IMG/VR virus record: IMGVR_UViG_3300022821_000011
Span: 13,134-77,133 of that record
Strand: one strand, 5' to 3'
DNA length: 64,000 bases
Source of the DNA: a virus
Taxonomy: Duplodnaviria; Heunggongvirae; Uroviricota; Caudoviricetes
The translations under genes and the position numbers were made by a program. The number at the start of each line of letters is the position of its first letter. Position 1 is the first letter of the stretch. Shown here in pieces: positions 10,254-20,201 of this stretch. The notes under the pieces are model-generated. The model searched no databases, was not told the DNA's origin, and saw nothing but the letters and a program-made list of their open reading frames with translations.

Positions 10254-10317
10254 GGAAGTCCTTGAAAGCCACAGTTTTACCCATTTGGAACTATTTATGC
10301 TTTCAAGGACTTCAATG
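10254..10317. repeat. Conserved hairpin element, copy 1 (15-bp stem GAAGTCCTTGAAAGC with a 29-nt loop), abutting the 3' end of tRNA-Ser
   Basis: Near-identical copies occur at 11453..11510, 14900..14963 and 20983..21046. Each lies immediately 3' of a minus-strand tRNA or tRNA-like gene. Confidence 0.8.
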
Positions 10318-10404
10318 CGGAAGATGCGGGATTCGAACCCACGAAACTATTTGAAGTTTGACAGTTTAGCAAACTGCTGATTTAAGCCACTCATCCAATC
10401 TTCC
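10318..10404 (-). tRNA. tRNA-Ser (GCU), type II; CCA not encoded
   Basis: Acceptor GGAAGAT/ATCTTCC, anticodon stem GCAGT/ACTGT, loop TTGCTAA, T-arm GTGGG-TTCGAAT-CCCGC. Confidence 0.75.
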
Positions 10405-11452
10405 AATTTATTTTTATTTATTAAGATCTAAGGTTGCTGGAAAACCCTGCACTTCAAATTTAGTTATTTTACCTTGTTCTCTAGATTTATCTGATATTTC
10501 ATCAAACCAGGCAAACAAAATATAGTCTATATTATTTGGATCAATTTCAATTTCAAGTATAACTCTCATAGTGTATCCTAACTATAATTAATATATAACT
10601 TTTGATAATATTTTAACACTCCATCATTTTGGCTTATTAAATTTTTTACCATTTCTGGCAGCATTCGTTCAACTTTTTCATATTCGGTTATTTCTACTCC
10701 ACGACTTAAGAATATTCCAAAAATTTCTTCAAATTCTTTAATTGCTCTTTCTTCTGGAGTATTGATTGTTTCTAAATTAGAATAATCATCAGAATTTATA
10801 TAATCGCCAGGCTTTGGATTGGCTCTAGTAACTAAAACAGCTTTAGTCATACCTTCTCCAGTAGCATAATAATCTGAAAGTAAAAAATATATTTTATCCA
10901 TGAACCAAAAACCTCACTGCTATTTCTATTTTACCAAATATTTCTTCATAATTTGTACGAATCAATGATGTACTTATTGTTCCAAACTTAAAGTTATACA
11001 CTTTCCTACGGACATCATATTCAACATTTCCAATAACTACACTAGTTGATTTCATTATAAATCCTCCTTAATGCTATGAGATATTAAATCAACAACATTA
11101 TAAGAAATATATAAAAAATTAAAAATTGATTCTTCTTTTGATTCGATACTAATGTTAGTTGTATAAGATAAACAATATATATCTATCTTATTAAAAATAT
11201 CTCTACTAAGTAAACGCATTAATCACTCCTGCATAAATGTGATCAGTAATGTCATAATTCACATATATTTTTCCAGTGTGTGTATTATGTATTTGCGAAT
11301 TAAAAGAAACTTTTAAAAGTATTTCAGATTCAAAATGATAGTAAATAATATCAGATGTGTTTTTCATATTAAAACCTCAATTCTCTTGATATCTTAAGAC
11401 AAATTTCTTGATAAAAATCACGACACTTTGTTATATCAATTTTATTCATTTA

Positions 11453-11510
11453 GGAAGTCCTTAGCTTATAAACCCGTCGACGGATATTTATAAAACTAAG
11501 GACTTCAATG
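11453..11510. repeat. Conserved hairpin element, copy 2 (stem GAAGTCCTTAG/CTAAGGACTTC)
   Basis: Same family as 10254..10317. Confidence 0.7.
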
Positions 11511-11585
11511 TGCCGGAACGCTTGGTTTCGAACCAAGTTTTCTTCCTTATGAGGAAAGCGAGATAACCAATACCTCCCCGCCGGC
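11511..11585 (-). tRNA. tRNA-like, anticodon CAU. The acceptor 3' strand carries a 2-nt insertion (CG-TT-CCGGC against 5' GCCGGCG); possibly a degenerate or specialised tRNA
   Basis: D-arm GAGG-TATTGGTTA-TCTC, anticodon stem CTTTC/GGAAG, loop CTCATAA, T-arm CTTGG-TTCGAAA-CCAAG. Confidence 0.45.
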
Positions 11586-11836
11586 TTAAAATTTTATAGT
11601 ATATTATTTGCTTTAATATAATTATAAAGTAAGCTATGACTGATAATATAACTATCATATACTTTTCGAAGTTCAAAAGGCGCTCTCATGTTATTTCCAT
11701 CAATCCAATTAAGAACTGTTCGCTCTTTTTTATTATAAATGGTTGTAGATAATTTCATCATTTTGATAATCCTATGTAAAAACAGCGATAATATTAATAT
11801 ATCATCGCTGCTCTAAATTGTCAATTATAAAATGTA

Positions 11837-13297
11837 TTAAACTGCAATATCGTATCGCTCATTCATAATTGTTTTAAGCATAATAGCTTCAGGTGTCATA
11901 TTCTCCATATCAGAGCTAAGCACTGACTTAACAATAGTTGGAGAGAAACCAGAAACCATAGCTATACCACGATCGTCAAATCTAACTGGCACATCTGATT
12001 TTGCATTAAGATTCCAGAATACAATACCCGGCATAATATATCCAGCCATTTCATACTTATGACGAATCATTTCTACAGCTGAATGATCTAGATTTGCACA
12101 TTGATCAAACTGCATATCTGACATGATCATAATAACATCTGGCATATCTTCTTGTGGTACACTATGAGCTACAGCAAGATTAAGAACTTTATCAAAAGCA
12201 GCATGAAGATTTGTATTCATTGCCCATTTTGAACGCTTCATTTGATCTACTTTCTGAAGAATATCACCTCTAAGAGTAAGCAATTCAGGAGAACCAGAGA
12301 AAGTAAGGAATGTGTCCTTATAAACTCCGGTATTCTTATCAGCCAAATACAGGCCAAGAGACACTGAAACATCAAGACAAGTAACAGATGATTTGCTAGT
12401 ATGCCCACCCGCTAGAGTCATCATTGATCCAGAAACATCTACCATTGGAAGAATCTTTGCATCTCCAACAAAATTTGGAAGAGCTTTCCACTGAGCAGCA
12501 ATATGACCCTTTTCAACATTTGTATATCTTTGGTCATTATATATACTAGCCAGACCCTTAAGAACATCATAAGGATATACTGCTCCAGCATTTACTTTAA
12601 CACTCTCATCACCAGAAGTTAGCTTCTCAACATATTCTTCAAAATTAACAGAGTGACGATTAAAAGCCTTCTTATATCTAGCTGAAGCAAGAGAAGGAAC
12701 TTTGCTATAATCAATAGCATCCCATTCATTTGCACACATAAGTGTTTCAACAACCTTTGTAAGTTCTACAAGACGCTTACGATAAAACTTTGGAGTCCAT
12801 CCAAAATACTTACGAAGACTAACTGCCTTAGGACCTTTTCGTGGCATCCACTTAGCGCAAAGACCATTTCCATCATCAAGAGCTTTCTTAATAAGATCAT
12901 AAGCATAAGCCTTAACTGGAATGCTTTCAAAATCTACAAGAAGATCATCCCAACGGCCAATTTCCGGAGTCTTATCAATAAGAGCTTTAGCCTGATCTTC
13001 TGGCAAAAACTTCAAAATGTCACGATATATCTGACGTTCACCGCTTCCTTCACGAGCATCTCGAACCCACTGAGCAATACGCAAAGCGTACTCAGGATTC
13101 TCCACATGAGCCGCTGTGAAATCCGGCTTGATATTCTTCCCACGAGAAGCTCCGATCTTGAAAAAAAGATCTACATTCTTATTTGCAGAAGTAACACGAG
13201 ACTTCATACCATTTTCGGTACGGGCTTCTTGTTCTTGAATTGAATCAATAAACTTATTCATTTTCATTTTCCTTTCATCTGGATAATTGACCACCAT
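11837..13297 (-). CDS. rsr: Ro60-like protein (TROVE-like N-terminal region plus a C-terminal vWA domain with MIDAS motif VDVSGSM). The likely true start is MKMNKF, near 13270
   Basis: MIDAS DxSxS in LPMVDVSGSMM; overall size and architecture match Ro60/Rsr; SD AAGGAAA upstream of the internal ATG. Confidence 0.55.
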   Translation of the reverse strand: MVVNYPDERKMKMNKFIDSIQEQEARTENGMKSRVTSANKNVDLFFKIGASRGKNIKPDFTAAHVENPEYALRIAQWVRDAREGSGERQIYRDILKFLPEDQAKALIDKTPEIGRWDDLLVDFESIPVKAYAYDLIKKALDDGNGLCAKWMPRKGPKAVSLRKYFGWTPKFYRKRLVELTKVVETLMCANEWDAIDYSKVPSLASARYKKAFNRHSVNFEEYVEKLTSGDESVKVNAGAVYPYDVLKGLASIYNDQRYTNVEKGHIAAQWKALPNFVGDAKILPMVDVSGSMMTLAGGHTSKSSVTCLDVSVSLGLYLADKNTGVYKDTFLTFSGSPELLTLRGDILQKVDQMKRSKWAMNTNLHAAFDKVLNLAVAHSVPQEDMPDVIMIMSDMQFDQCANLDHSAVEMIRHKYEMAGYIMPGIVFWNLNAKSDVPVRFDDRGIAMVSGFSPTIVKSVLSSDMENMTPEAIMLKTIMNERYDIAV

Positions 13298-13400
13298 TGG
13301 TCTTAATTACTCGCTAATGCGAATAATAGGAATCGAACCTATTATTATTTTTGCTGAATTTATCCTATTCTAAACATCAGGTTCAGTTTGCTTTTTTTGA
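13285..13400 (-). ncRNA. Circularly permuted tRNA-like module, candidate YrlA-type Y RNA number 2, in the 5' leader of the Ro60-like gene. Order is T-arm, acceptor stem closed by an ATTA loop, then D-arm
   Basis: Minus-strand order: T-arm ATAGG-TTCGATT-CCTAT, then TATTCGC, ATTA, GCGAGTA, then D-arm GACC-AATGGTG-GTC. There is no 5' acceptor partner in the normal position. Confidence 0.5.
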
Positions 13401-13589
13401 TTACAAGTCAAATGCTTTAAGCTTGCGGAAATGAACCTATTTTTATTTCAACAGATTAGTTATCTACTTCTTATTTAATGTGGAGAAATCGAAGACCACT
13501 GCCATGTTTTGATGGTTTGCTGCAACTAATCTAAATTCTAATTTTTATCTAACTACTACTAATTTTTACTTAAATATTCAACAGATTGA

Positions 13590-13710
13590 TATTTGCTACC
13601 TGCTCTACCAACTGAGCTACCTCTCCATAGAAAATGGTGGAGAGGGTTGGACTTGAACCAACGACCAGGGATTTTCAAGATCATGCTTTGATTGCTGTAA
13701 TCAATCTAAT
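13590..13710 (-). ncRNA. Circularly permuted tRNA-like module, candidate YrlA-type Y RNA number 1. Order is T-arm, acceptor 3' strand plus ACCA, an 8-nt loop, acceptor 5' strand, then D-arm
   Basis: Minus strand reads GTTGG-TTCAAGT-CCAAC CCTCTCC ACCA TTTTCTAT GGAGAGG TA GCTC-AGTTGGTA-GAGC. The flanks carry GATTGAT/ATCAATC complementarity. Confidence 0.5.
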
Positions 13711-13882
13711 TCTATTTACTCTATTTGTTTATACTGGATCATCTTGGTTTTTTTTTCAACAAAAAATAAATGATTGCGGAACTGATCCAAAACTCTATTG
13801 CGTTTGTATTCAACAGGATTAACTTTGCTTTTTTGAAATAAAAGTTTGTTTGATTGCTGTAATAATCCTAAATTATGTATAT

Positions 13883-13911
13883 ATTATATTCTATTCATAT
13901 ATTGATGTCAA
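13883..13911 (-). promoter_or_regulatory. Perfect consensus sigma70 promoter (TTGACA-17-TATAAT) directed at the Y-RNA-like modules and the Ro60-like gene
   Basis: Plus-strand tgtcaa at 13906-13911. The -10 on the minus strand is TATAAT, 17 nt downstream. Confidence 0.65.
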
Positions 13912-13928
13912 CAAGTATTTTTAATTTT

Positions 13929-14003
13929 TGGTGGAAATGGCTGGAATCGAACCAACAAATGCTCAATTATCAGTTGAGTGCCTGGCCACTTGGCTTCACT
14001 TCC
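13929..14003 (-). tRNA. tRNA-Ile (GAU)
   Basis: Acceptor GGAAGTG/CATTTCC plus ACCA, anticodon stem CTCAA/TTGAG, loop CTGATAA, T-arm GTTGG-TTCGATT-CCAGC. Confidence 0.75.
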
Positions 14004-14019
14004 TTAATAAGCAGGATGG

Positions 14020-14200
14020 TGAGAGAAACTACCAACTTCTCTCACCTCGACATCTTGCGGATGTTTAATATTACTTGCGGTAATATTCTAGGACGTCCAG
14101 ACGCCCTGAAGTTTTTTTTGTCGGATTACTTATAAATCCGAGGGAACATGCGTGCATAGCCCTAGTCCACGGCATAATTATTAACGACTAAATTATACAA
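14020..14200. ncRNA. GC-enriched structured non-coding segment upstream of tRNA-Ile. It includes a 10-bp hairpin GGTGAGAGAA...TTCTCTCACC (14023-14051) and the hairpin TCGGATT...AATCCGA. Possibly a small stable RNA
   Basis: No plausible ORF, local GC well above the genome background, several perfect stems. Confidence 0.35.
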
Positions 14201-14899
14201 AAACGGAATGTTAACGCTATCTCTGCGGGTTCTTTTACCAGCCAGCGGAATGTCGGTGGCCGGTTTTATCATAAAATTTACAATTAATAATTTGTTCTGG
14301 TATTCTTTTAAGAACATCTTTTTTCATTTCATCTTCTGCTTGAATTCTAGAATTAAAAATGCCAAGTCTTATTGTTTTTGTATTTTGTTTAAATATTTTT
14401 TGTATAAACGAAGTTTCTTCATGTTTAATAATAGCATCTAAATATATTTTGCCTTCTATAGATTCAGATATAATATATTCTTTAACTAACATTAGTTTCC
14501 CCAATCAAAATAATTTGTGGCAGTTGTATATGTGCCACCACTAGTGCATGATGTATCATATATTGGTTGGAAAACGCTAGCAGATGTATAAGTAGCGGTT
14601 GATGTTACATAAATTGTAGGACCATTTCTTTGATCCCATCGTATATCAGTTATCTCTCCATCTTTAACTACTCTACAATGTTCATGCCCACAAGACGGAC
14701 ATTCAAGAACATGATTTCCATTTAAAGCAACATCTACAATAAATTGAACCCAATTATCGCAGCCATGACAATGAATTTCTTGTCTATGCTCAGTCTTCTT
14801 TTTAGGAAAAATCTTAGGTTTCCATTTAGGTTTTCTTAATGCCATAATCACACTTATTTTCTAATTTGTTTATTTTGTCTATGCTATATAATTCACTTA

Positions 14900-14963
14900 G
14901 GAAGTTCTTGAAAGTCATAGTTTTACCCATCTGGAACTATTTGTACTTTCAAGAACTTCAATG
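14900..14963. repeat. Conserved hairpin element, copy 3
   Basis: GGAAGTTCTTGAAAGT...ACTTTCAAGAACTTCAATG. Both stem and loop are homologous to copy 1. Confidence 0.75.
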
Positions 14964-15042
14964 CGGGGAAGACGGGAATCGAACCCGCTTTGCTTTCGCG
15001 TCACAGCGACAGTGTGGTAGCTACCCATTTGCCATCATCCCC
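14964..15042 (-). tRNA. tRNA-like. Canonical T-arm and acceptor; possible anticodon GUC (Asp) from loop CTGTCGC, with an extended variable region that contains a GAAA tetraloop
   Basis: Acceptor GGGGATG/CTTCCCC with one mismatch, T-arm GCGGG-TTCGATT-CCCGT. The anticodon arm is ambiguous. Confidence 0.4.
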
Positions 15043-15284
15043 ATTTATCTTTCTAAAATCACATAATCACCAAAATACTTATCAAAAGTTTCAACAAGAT
15101 TTTCATAATCTCCTGAAGTCATTTCTTCACGAATTGTACCAAAATCTAAATTTAATTCTTTTGCATATTGTTTTGCATAACCAAGAAGAACATATGCATT
15201 ACCATCTGGACCAGTCAAATCAATTACTATTTCAGCAGTCCTTTGTTTTTTTCTAATCATAATGTGTTTCCTTATTATGATGTT

Positions 15285-15313
15285 ACTATATACTGTGTTC
15301 TATATGGTGTCAA
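15285..15313 (-). promoter_or_regulatory. Sigma70-like promoter TTGACA-17-TATAGT for ORF 15045..15260
   Basis: Plus-strand tgtcaa at 15308-15313; SD AAGGAAA precedes the ATG at 15260. Confidence 0.55.
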
Positions 15314-15831
15314 CATCTTTTAGCAAGTCTATGGCTCTTTTTTTCCAGTCATCTCTTTGCCATGCTATTTTTTCTTGACTCAATTCATGATAATCATTTG
15401 CAATGAATTCTACAAATCGTCTATATTGATCATATTTAGCAAACCAGGCATGAGTTGGATGAACTTCACCGGTTGATATAATATGATAACACGGAAAACA
15501 TAAATTACCTATAAATCTACCTTCATTTTCATGATTTGTACAGCCATATGTAATGCATTTTTTAATCATTTGGTGATCTCACTATGGTTGACTGTTTTTG
15601 AATTAAAAGTAAACCATCTGAAATATCAAAATTCTTACCTTTGACGACACAATACAACTCACCAGAAATCATATTTTCATATGGAACTGAATTAAGACTA
15701 GCGCACTTTCTCATATTCATATTACTGTCCGAAAAATTTACAAGCAACACAAATAAAGAAAATAATAAAATTGCTGCTAATACAAAAGAAAGAAATTTAG
15801 AGTCCATAATCATAACAAAATCCTTAATTGT

Positions 15832-15907
15832 TGGTGCTCATGGTGGGATTCGAACTCACACTGATTAGTTCCTAAAACTAATGCCTCTGCCGTTGGGCTA
15901 CACGAGC
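15832..15907 (-). tRNA. tRNA with anticodon UAG (reads CUA, Leu) but type I architecture with a short variable arm
   Basis: Acceptor GCTCGTG/CATGAGC plus ACCA, D-arm GCCC-AACGGCA-GAGG, anticodon stem ATTAGT/ACTAAT, loop TTTAGGA. Confidence 0.6.
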
Positions 15908-15908
15908 G

Positions 15909-16346
15909 TTATTCTAAATATTGTTTCCATTCTTTGGCGAATGAACAGTTTCTAGCGCCTTTAAAAAGAGGGGCAATTTCTTCGTCTTTAAATCCAGCTA
16001 ATCCACACCCAATTCTTGTTACAAAATATTGTGGCAAAATTTTATTAAATACCATAAAGTCATCATTCGTAACTCTAATAAAATCATTTATATATTGAAC
16101 GACCTCATTAAGTGAAAGAGTTCTAATGTTATTATCTTTTGTTGGAATAGCATAAGATTTAAAATCTGGCTGCCATCCTATTCCTTTTCCATATTGAGCA
16201 CCAAATTTAGAAGCAGCTATTTTAGCTGCTCCCGCTCCGTGTATTCCGGCAAGATTTGAACCAAAGACCCAAACTTCTTTATTTTCTGGAAGTGTTCTGT
16301 CTTTATGATATTTAATCGTGCTGATATTCATCAATATCAATACCAT
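15909..16346 (-). CDS. Macro-domain-like protein (putative ADP-ribose binding or hydrolase)
   Basis: VFGSNLAGIHGAGAAKIA resembles the macro-domain Gly-rich motif (NAANxxLxxGGGVxxAI). Confidence 0.35.
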   Translation of the reverse strand: MVLILMNISTIKYHKDRTLPENKEVWVFGSNLAGIHGAGAAKIAASKFGAQYGKGIGWQPDFKSYAIPTKDNNIRTLSLNEVVQYINDFIRVTNDDFMVFNKILPQYFVTRIGCGLAGFKDEEIAPLFKGARNCSFAKEWKQYLE

Positions 16347-17364
16347 CTCTTGAAATAATTACTTTGACATGATCACCAAACACCATTTCCATCACATCAT
16401 TTTCTACTTTTCCAATAATTTTACAAAAATCACCAAAACTCTTTTTAAAACTATCAAGTTCTTTTACATCATAGCTAGACAAAAAAGATTCAATTTTGTC
16501 AATTGATTTTTGTGCATCAACTGTTGAAGAAGGATATGGCTTTAAATTATTTTCTCCATAATATGAAGAATATTCTCGGCCATGCCTGATTTTATATTCA
16601 TCCATATATGATTGTCTCCATGCTTCTGGGTCTTCTTCATATAATTTTGCGGCAGCATAGGCTTTTTTAGCAGACTTTAAGTTTTCAGATGTATATATTG
16701 CTGATCCTTCATAATCGCAATACTCATCAGAATAATCACCATCTTCATCAATATCACTATTAAGAGTAAAACCAATTTCATTAACACTAAATTCACATGA
16801 TTCACCATCATTAAAATATGGAGTGTATTGAGTCCAAAAAATATCATGCACAAAAGGATAATTTTCAAAAATCTCTTTAGCGCCACGTTCAATAATAACT
16901 TTTGATTGATCACTCATTTTACTTTTCAGAACACTTATTTGATCTGAAAGTTCATTAAAGTTTTTAGTCAAAGTTTCATAATCAATTTCCATTATATATT
17001 TCCTTAATCAGAGTTTAAATTCATTTTTTTAGCAAATGCTTTTTGACCTACTCCAAGCATCCACGGCTTAGGTTCTATAGTTTCAACCCAGTCTTCAATC
17101 GTTGGAATTATACCACCACAGTCCTCTTTTACGTGATCCTCTCCTATATCTCGAACAGAAATATCTTTCCCATCTGAATTTGAAATAGTGGTTCCAAAAA
17201 CCTGTTCGCATAGAAAAATTCCAAATGTATTATGAAGAATTGCTCTATGACCAAAATTAGCATATGCTGCTTTTGTACTATCAAACCAGTCATGAATAGG
17301 CATGTAATCGGCAATTTCACCGCCATATCTTTTAACCGAATTTTTAGCATGAATATATGGTTTA

Positions 17365-18093
17365 ATGATTTTTCTCCTTATAAATAAAAATAAAAGGTTA
17401 ATTATGTATTATACTATATACAAAACTACAAATAATGTCAATAATAAAATTTATATTGGTATGCATCAAACCAAAAATTTAGATGATGGATATATGGGTT
17501 CAGGACTTCTTTTAACCAAATCTATAAAAAAATTTGGCAAAGAAAATTTTAATAAAGAAATTCTTCACGTTTTTGATAATGAAGAAGAAATGAATCTTAA
17601 AGAAAAAGAATTAGTAAATGAAGAATTTTGTAATTCTAATAATAATTATAATCTGTGTCCTGGAGGTAATGGTGGGGCTATTAGAAAAGGAGCAATTCTT
17701 ACACAAGAAACAAAAAATAAGATTTCAAAAAATACTAAAAAAGCAATGGAAAATAAAGAAATTCGTTTAAATCTATCGAACAAAAGAAAATCTCGAATTA
17801 CAAAAGACGAAACTAGAAAAAAAATGTCTGAAAGAGTTTCTAATACAACTTGGATATATCATTATAAATCAAAACAGTCTAAAATGATTCAACAACACGA
17901 AAAAGAAAAATATTTAAATTCTAATAAATGGTTTTTGGGTCGTGGTTTTAAAGCAAAAGGAACACCTAAAAAAGTAATGCTTTATAACATTGAATATTCT
18001 TCATTAAAAGAAGCAGCAAAAGATGTAAACAAAAGTGATACTTGGGTTAGAAATCAAATTAATAATCCAAATATTATTGCAGAATATATCTAA
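17365..18093 (+). CDS. GIY-YIG homing endonuclease (Seg-like), plus-strand, embedded in the tRNA array
   Basis: YTIYKTTN...IYIGMHQT...DGYMGSG GIY-YIG core. This is one of the very few plus-strand genes and is analogous to T4 segB in the tRNA cluster. Confidence 0.7.
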   Translation: MIFLLINKNKRLIMYYTIYKTTNNVNNKIYIGMHQTKNLDDGYMGSGLLLTKSIKKFGKENFNKEILHVFDNEEEMNLKEKELVNEEFCNSNNNYNLCPGGNGGAIRKGAILTQETKNKISKNTKKAMENKEIRLNLSNKRKSRITKDETRKKMSERVSNTTWIYHYKSKQSKMIQQHEKEKYLNSNKWFLGRGFKAKGTPKKVMLYNIEYSSLKEAAKDVNKSDTWVRNQINNPNIIAEYI

Positions 18094-18111
18094 TTATATT
18101 CTTCTATTAAA

Positions 18112-18187
18112 TGGTGCTCCTAAAAGGATTCGAACCTCTGACGCGTAAATCTTCAATCTACCGCTCTACCAACTGAGCTATAGAAGC
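18112..18187 (-). tRNA. tRNA-Phe (GAA)
   Basis: Acceptor GCTTCTA/TAGGAGC, D-arm TAGCTCAGTTGGTAGAGC, loop TTGAAGA. Confidence 0.8.
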
Positions 18188-18223
18188 ATTATAAAATATG
18201 TTAACTCAAACGTCAACAAAAAA

Positions 18224-18297
18224 TGGATCCCCCGGCTGGACTCGAACCAACATATTAAGCACCAAAAACTTGCGTCCTACCATTAGACGACAGGGGA
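18224..18297 (-). tRNA. tRNA-Gln (UUG)
   Basis: D-arm GTCT-AATGGTA-GGAC, loop TTTTGGT, T-arm GTTGG-TTCGAGT-CCAGC, CCA encoded. Confidence 0.65.
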
Positions 18298-18666
18298 ATA
18301 ATTATCCTGTACCATTTGTTTTTAAATCCCATATTGTATTTGACATAATATTTCTTAAACTAGTAATATCATGCAAATTAATATTATTAACATCTGACCA
18401 ACCTGGTAATATAGAAATAAAAGTAGTTCCGTTTTTTCTATGTTTCTTGTGAAACTAACCACATCGTCGCCTCCACACTATATAAAACATCAAGTTGTTT
18501 TTTATTAAGTGACTTAATCGTATTAAAATTAGCAGAAGTAAAAGAATAAAAAGAATAATATTTATCACTATGTTTTACATTCTTAATAAATTGTATTTGT
18601 TTATCAATATTATCATTAAAAGTATAATGAGCGCTAACAAACAAACTGTGTAATTGTTTCATATTT

Positions 18667-18741
18667 TGGATCTTCCATGTGGATTCGAACCACAACTATT
18701 TGAGTCAGAGTCAAAGGTTCTACCAATTAAACTACAGAAGA
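18667..18741 (-). tRNA. tRNA-Gln (CUG)
   Basis: Anticodon stem TTTGA/TCAAA, loop CTCTGAC, T-arm GTGG-TTCGAAT-CCAC, CCA encoded. Confidence 0.7.
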
Positions 18742-18742
18742 A

Positions 18743-19078
18743 TTATTCTACTAACGTGATTTTTACTTCACATAGTCCATCACAACCAATTTTCTTAGCA
18801 GCCGCTTCTGATAAATCTATAGATCTACCTTTTATAAAAGGACCTCTGTCATTAATTCTTACAATAACAGATTTTCCTTTAAATATAACTTTTATAAAAG
18901 TTCCAAAGGGTAATATTTTATGAGCTGCTGTATAAGCATTCTTATTAAATATTTCTCCATTAGCGGTAAGCTTACCATGAAATCCTGGACCATACCAAGA
19001 AGCAATAACAACTTTAGGCTTAGATAAAGAAACAGTTGTAAAAACAATCAAAAATAATATTGGTAAAATTAATCTCAT
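18743..19078 (-). CDS. RlpA-like double-psi beta-barrel (DPBB) protein with a signal peptide; a putative peptidoglycan-binding or lytic accessory protein
   Basis: [17 protein letters not shown]...INDRGPF...[12 protein letters not shown] matches the RlpA/DPBB family. Confidence 0.7.
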   Translation of the reverse strand: MRLILPILFLIVFTTVSLSKPKVVIASWYGPGFHGKLTANGEIFNKNAYTAAHKILPFGTFIKVIFKGKSVIVRINDRGPFIKGRSIDLSEAAAKKIGCDGLCEVKITLVE

Positions 19079-20111
19079 TTAAAACCTACAAAAATTTAAA
19101 TGGTGGAACTTTTCTTTTAACACTATGCTTTTTCATATATATCTTATATTCTTTTAGCTTTTTTTCATATAGCTTTATATTTTCATCATATTCATCAAGT
19201 TTATCTTTAATATAGATTTCAGCATGTTTTTCAGAATCAAACAATATATCTGAAACAAAATTTTTAGTATAATCAGAAACCTTAAACCACATACAAAAAA
19301 ATCCATAATTATATTCAATATTATATTTATTATAAGCAGTTTGATCATTTACAATTCTATATGATCGCTTGGTTGGCTTATACGGCTTTATTAATTTATT
19401 TGAACTCATAATTCTTTTATTATCCATTCTTCTTTGATTTCAAGTTCTAGACATATATATTCATCTGAATATTCATCATATTTAAATCGATAACCCCAGC
19501 GTTCTCCATCATTATCTCCTTCATCTGAAGAAAAACAAATATCGCCAACACATTTGTTTTCAATCAAAATGTCAATTGTTTCTGGAATGCTACTTAAAAA
19601 ATCCATATGTTCATTTGCGTCACTATCAAATTCAATAGTTTTTCTGTCAATATCATATGCAATAAAATGACCTTCTTTATTTACAACCTTATCAATTTTA
19701 TCAAAAACTTCTAATGACACTTTTACTGTATTCTTAACACAATTTATAGTCCACATAATCTATTCCTTTATATGCGATGAAATTATACTTTTTAAATGAT
19801 GATACAATGCAGTAGTTCCACTATGAAGATCATGATGCTTTTCTATATCATCGCAAAGATCATTTAATAAACACTCAGAAGTAAAGTTCAAATTTTTCCA
19901 ATTTGGAATTGGTGTATTATTGTCCATTAAATCGCTACTTTTCTTTTAAGTCGAACATCACCTTCATCCATATAATCATCACCAGCATATTCTGAAAAAG
20001 TTTTATATAGTTCATTCCAAACTACATCAATTTCACAAACAGTCATTTCTATATAAGTATGATCTGATGCTGGTACTAAAATAGTTTCTTTCATAATATA
20101 TTTCCTTTTAG

Positions 20112-20201
20112 TGGAGGAAGGAGCGGGATTCGAACCCGCGGAACCTTGCGGTTCGTCTGCTTTCAAAACAGAAGCCTTAAGCCAGACTCGGCCACCCTTC
20201 C
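20112..20201 (-). tRNA. tRNA-Ser (UGA), type II
   Basis: TGGCCGAGT...GG D-arm, anticodon stem TCTGT/GCAGA, loop TTTGAAA, variable hairpin GAAC-CGCAAG-GTTC. Confidence 0.8.

Noticed and set aside
13599-13683. Interpreting the two tRNA halves as one ordinary tRNA gene
   Set aside because: The order on the transcribed strand is 3' half then 5' half with an 8-nt linker. An ordinary tRNA, or one with an intron, is therefore impossible. The halves are reported as a permuted tRNA-like, Y-RNA-type module instead.
13634-14135. Plus-strand ORFs 13634..13822 and 13875..14135
   Set aside because: They overlap tRNA-Ile and the Y-RNA-like modules on the opposite strand, with no SD. They are spurious.
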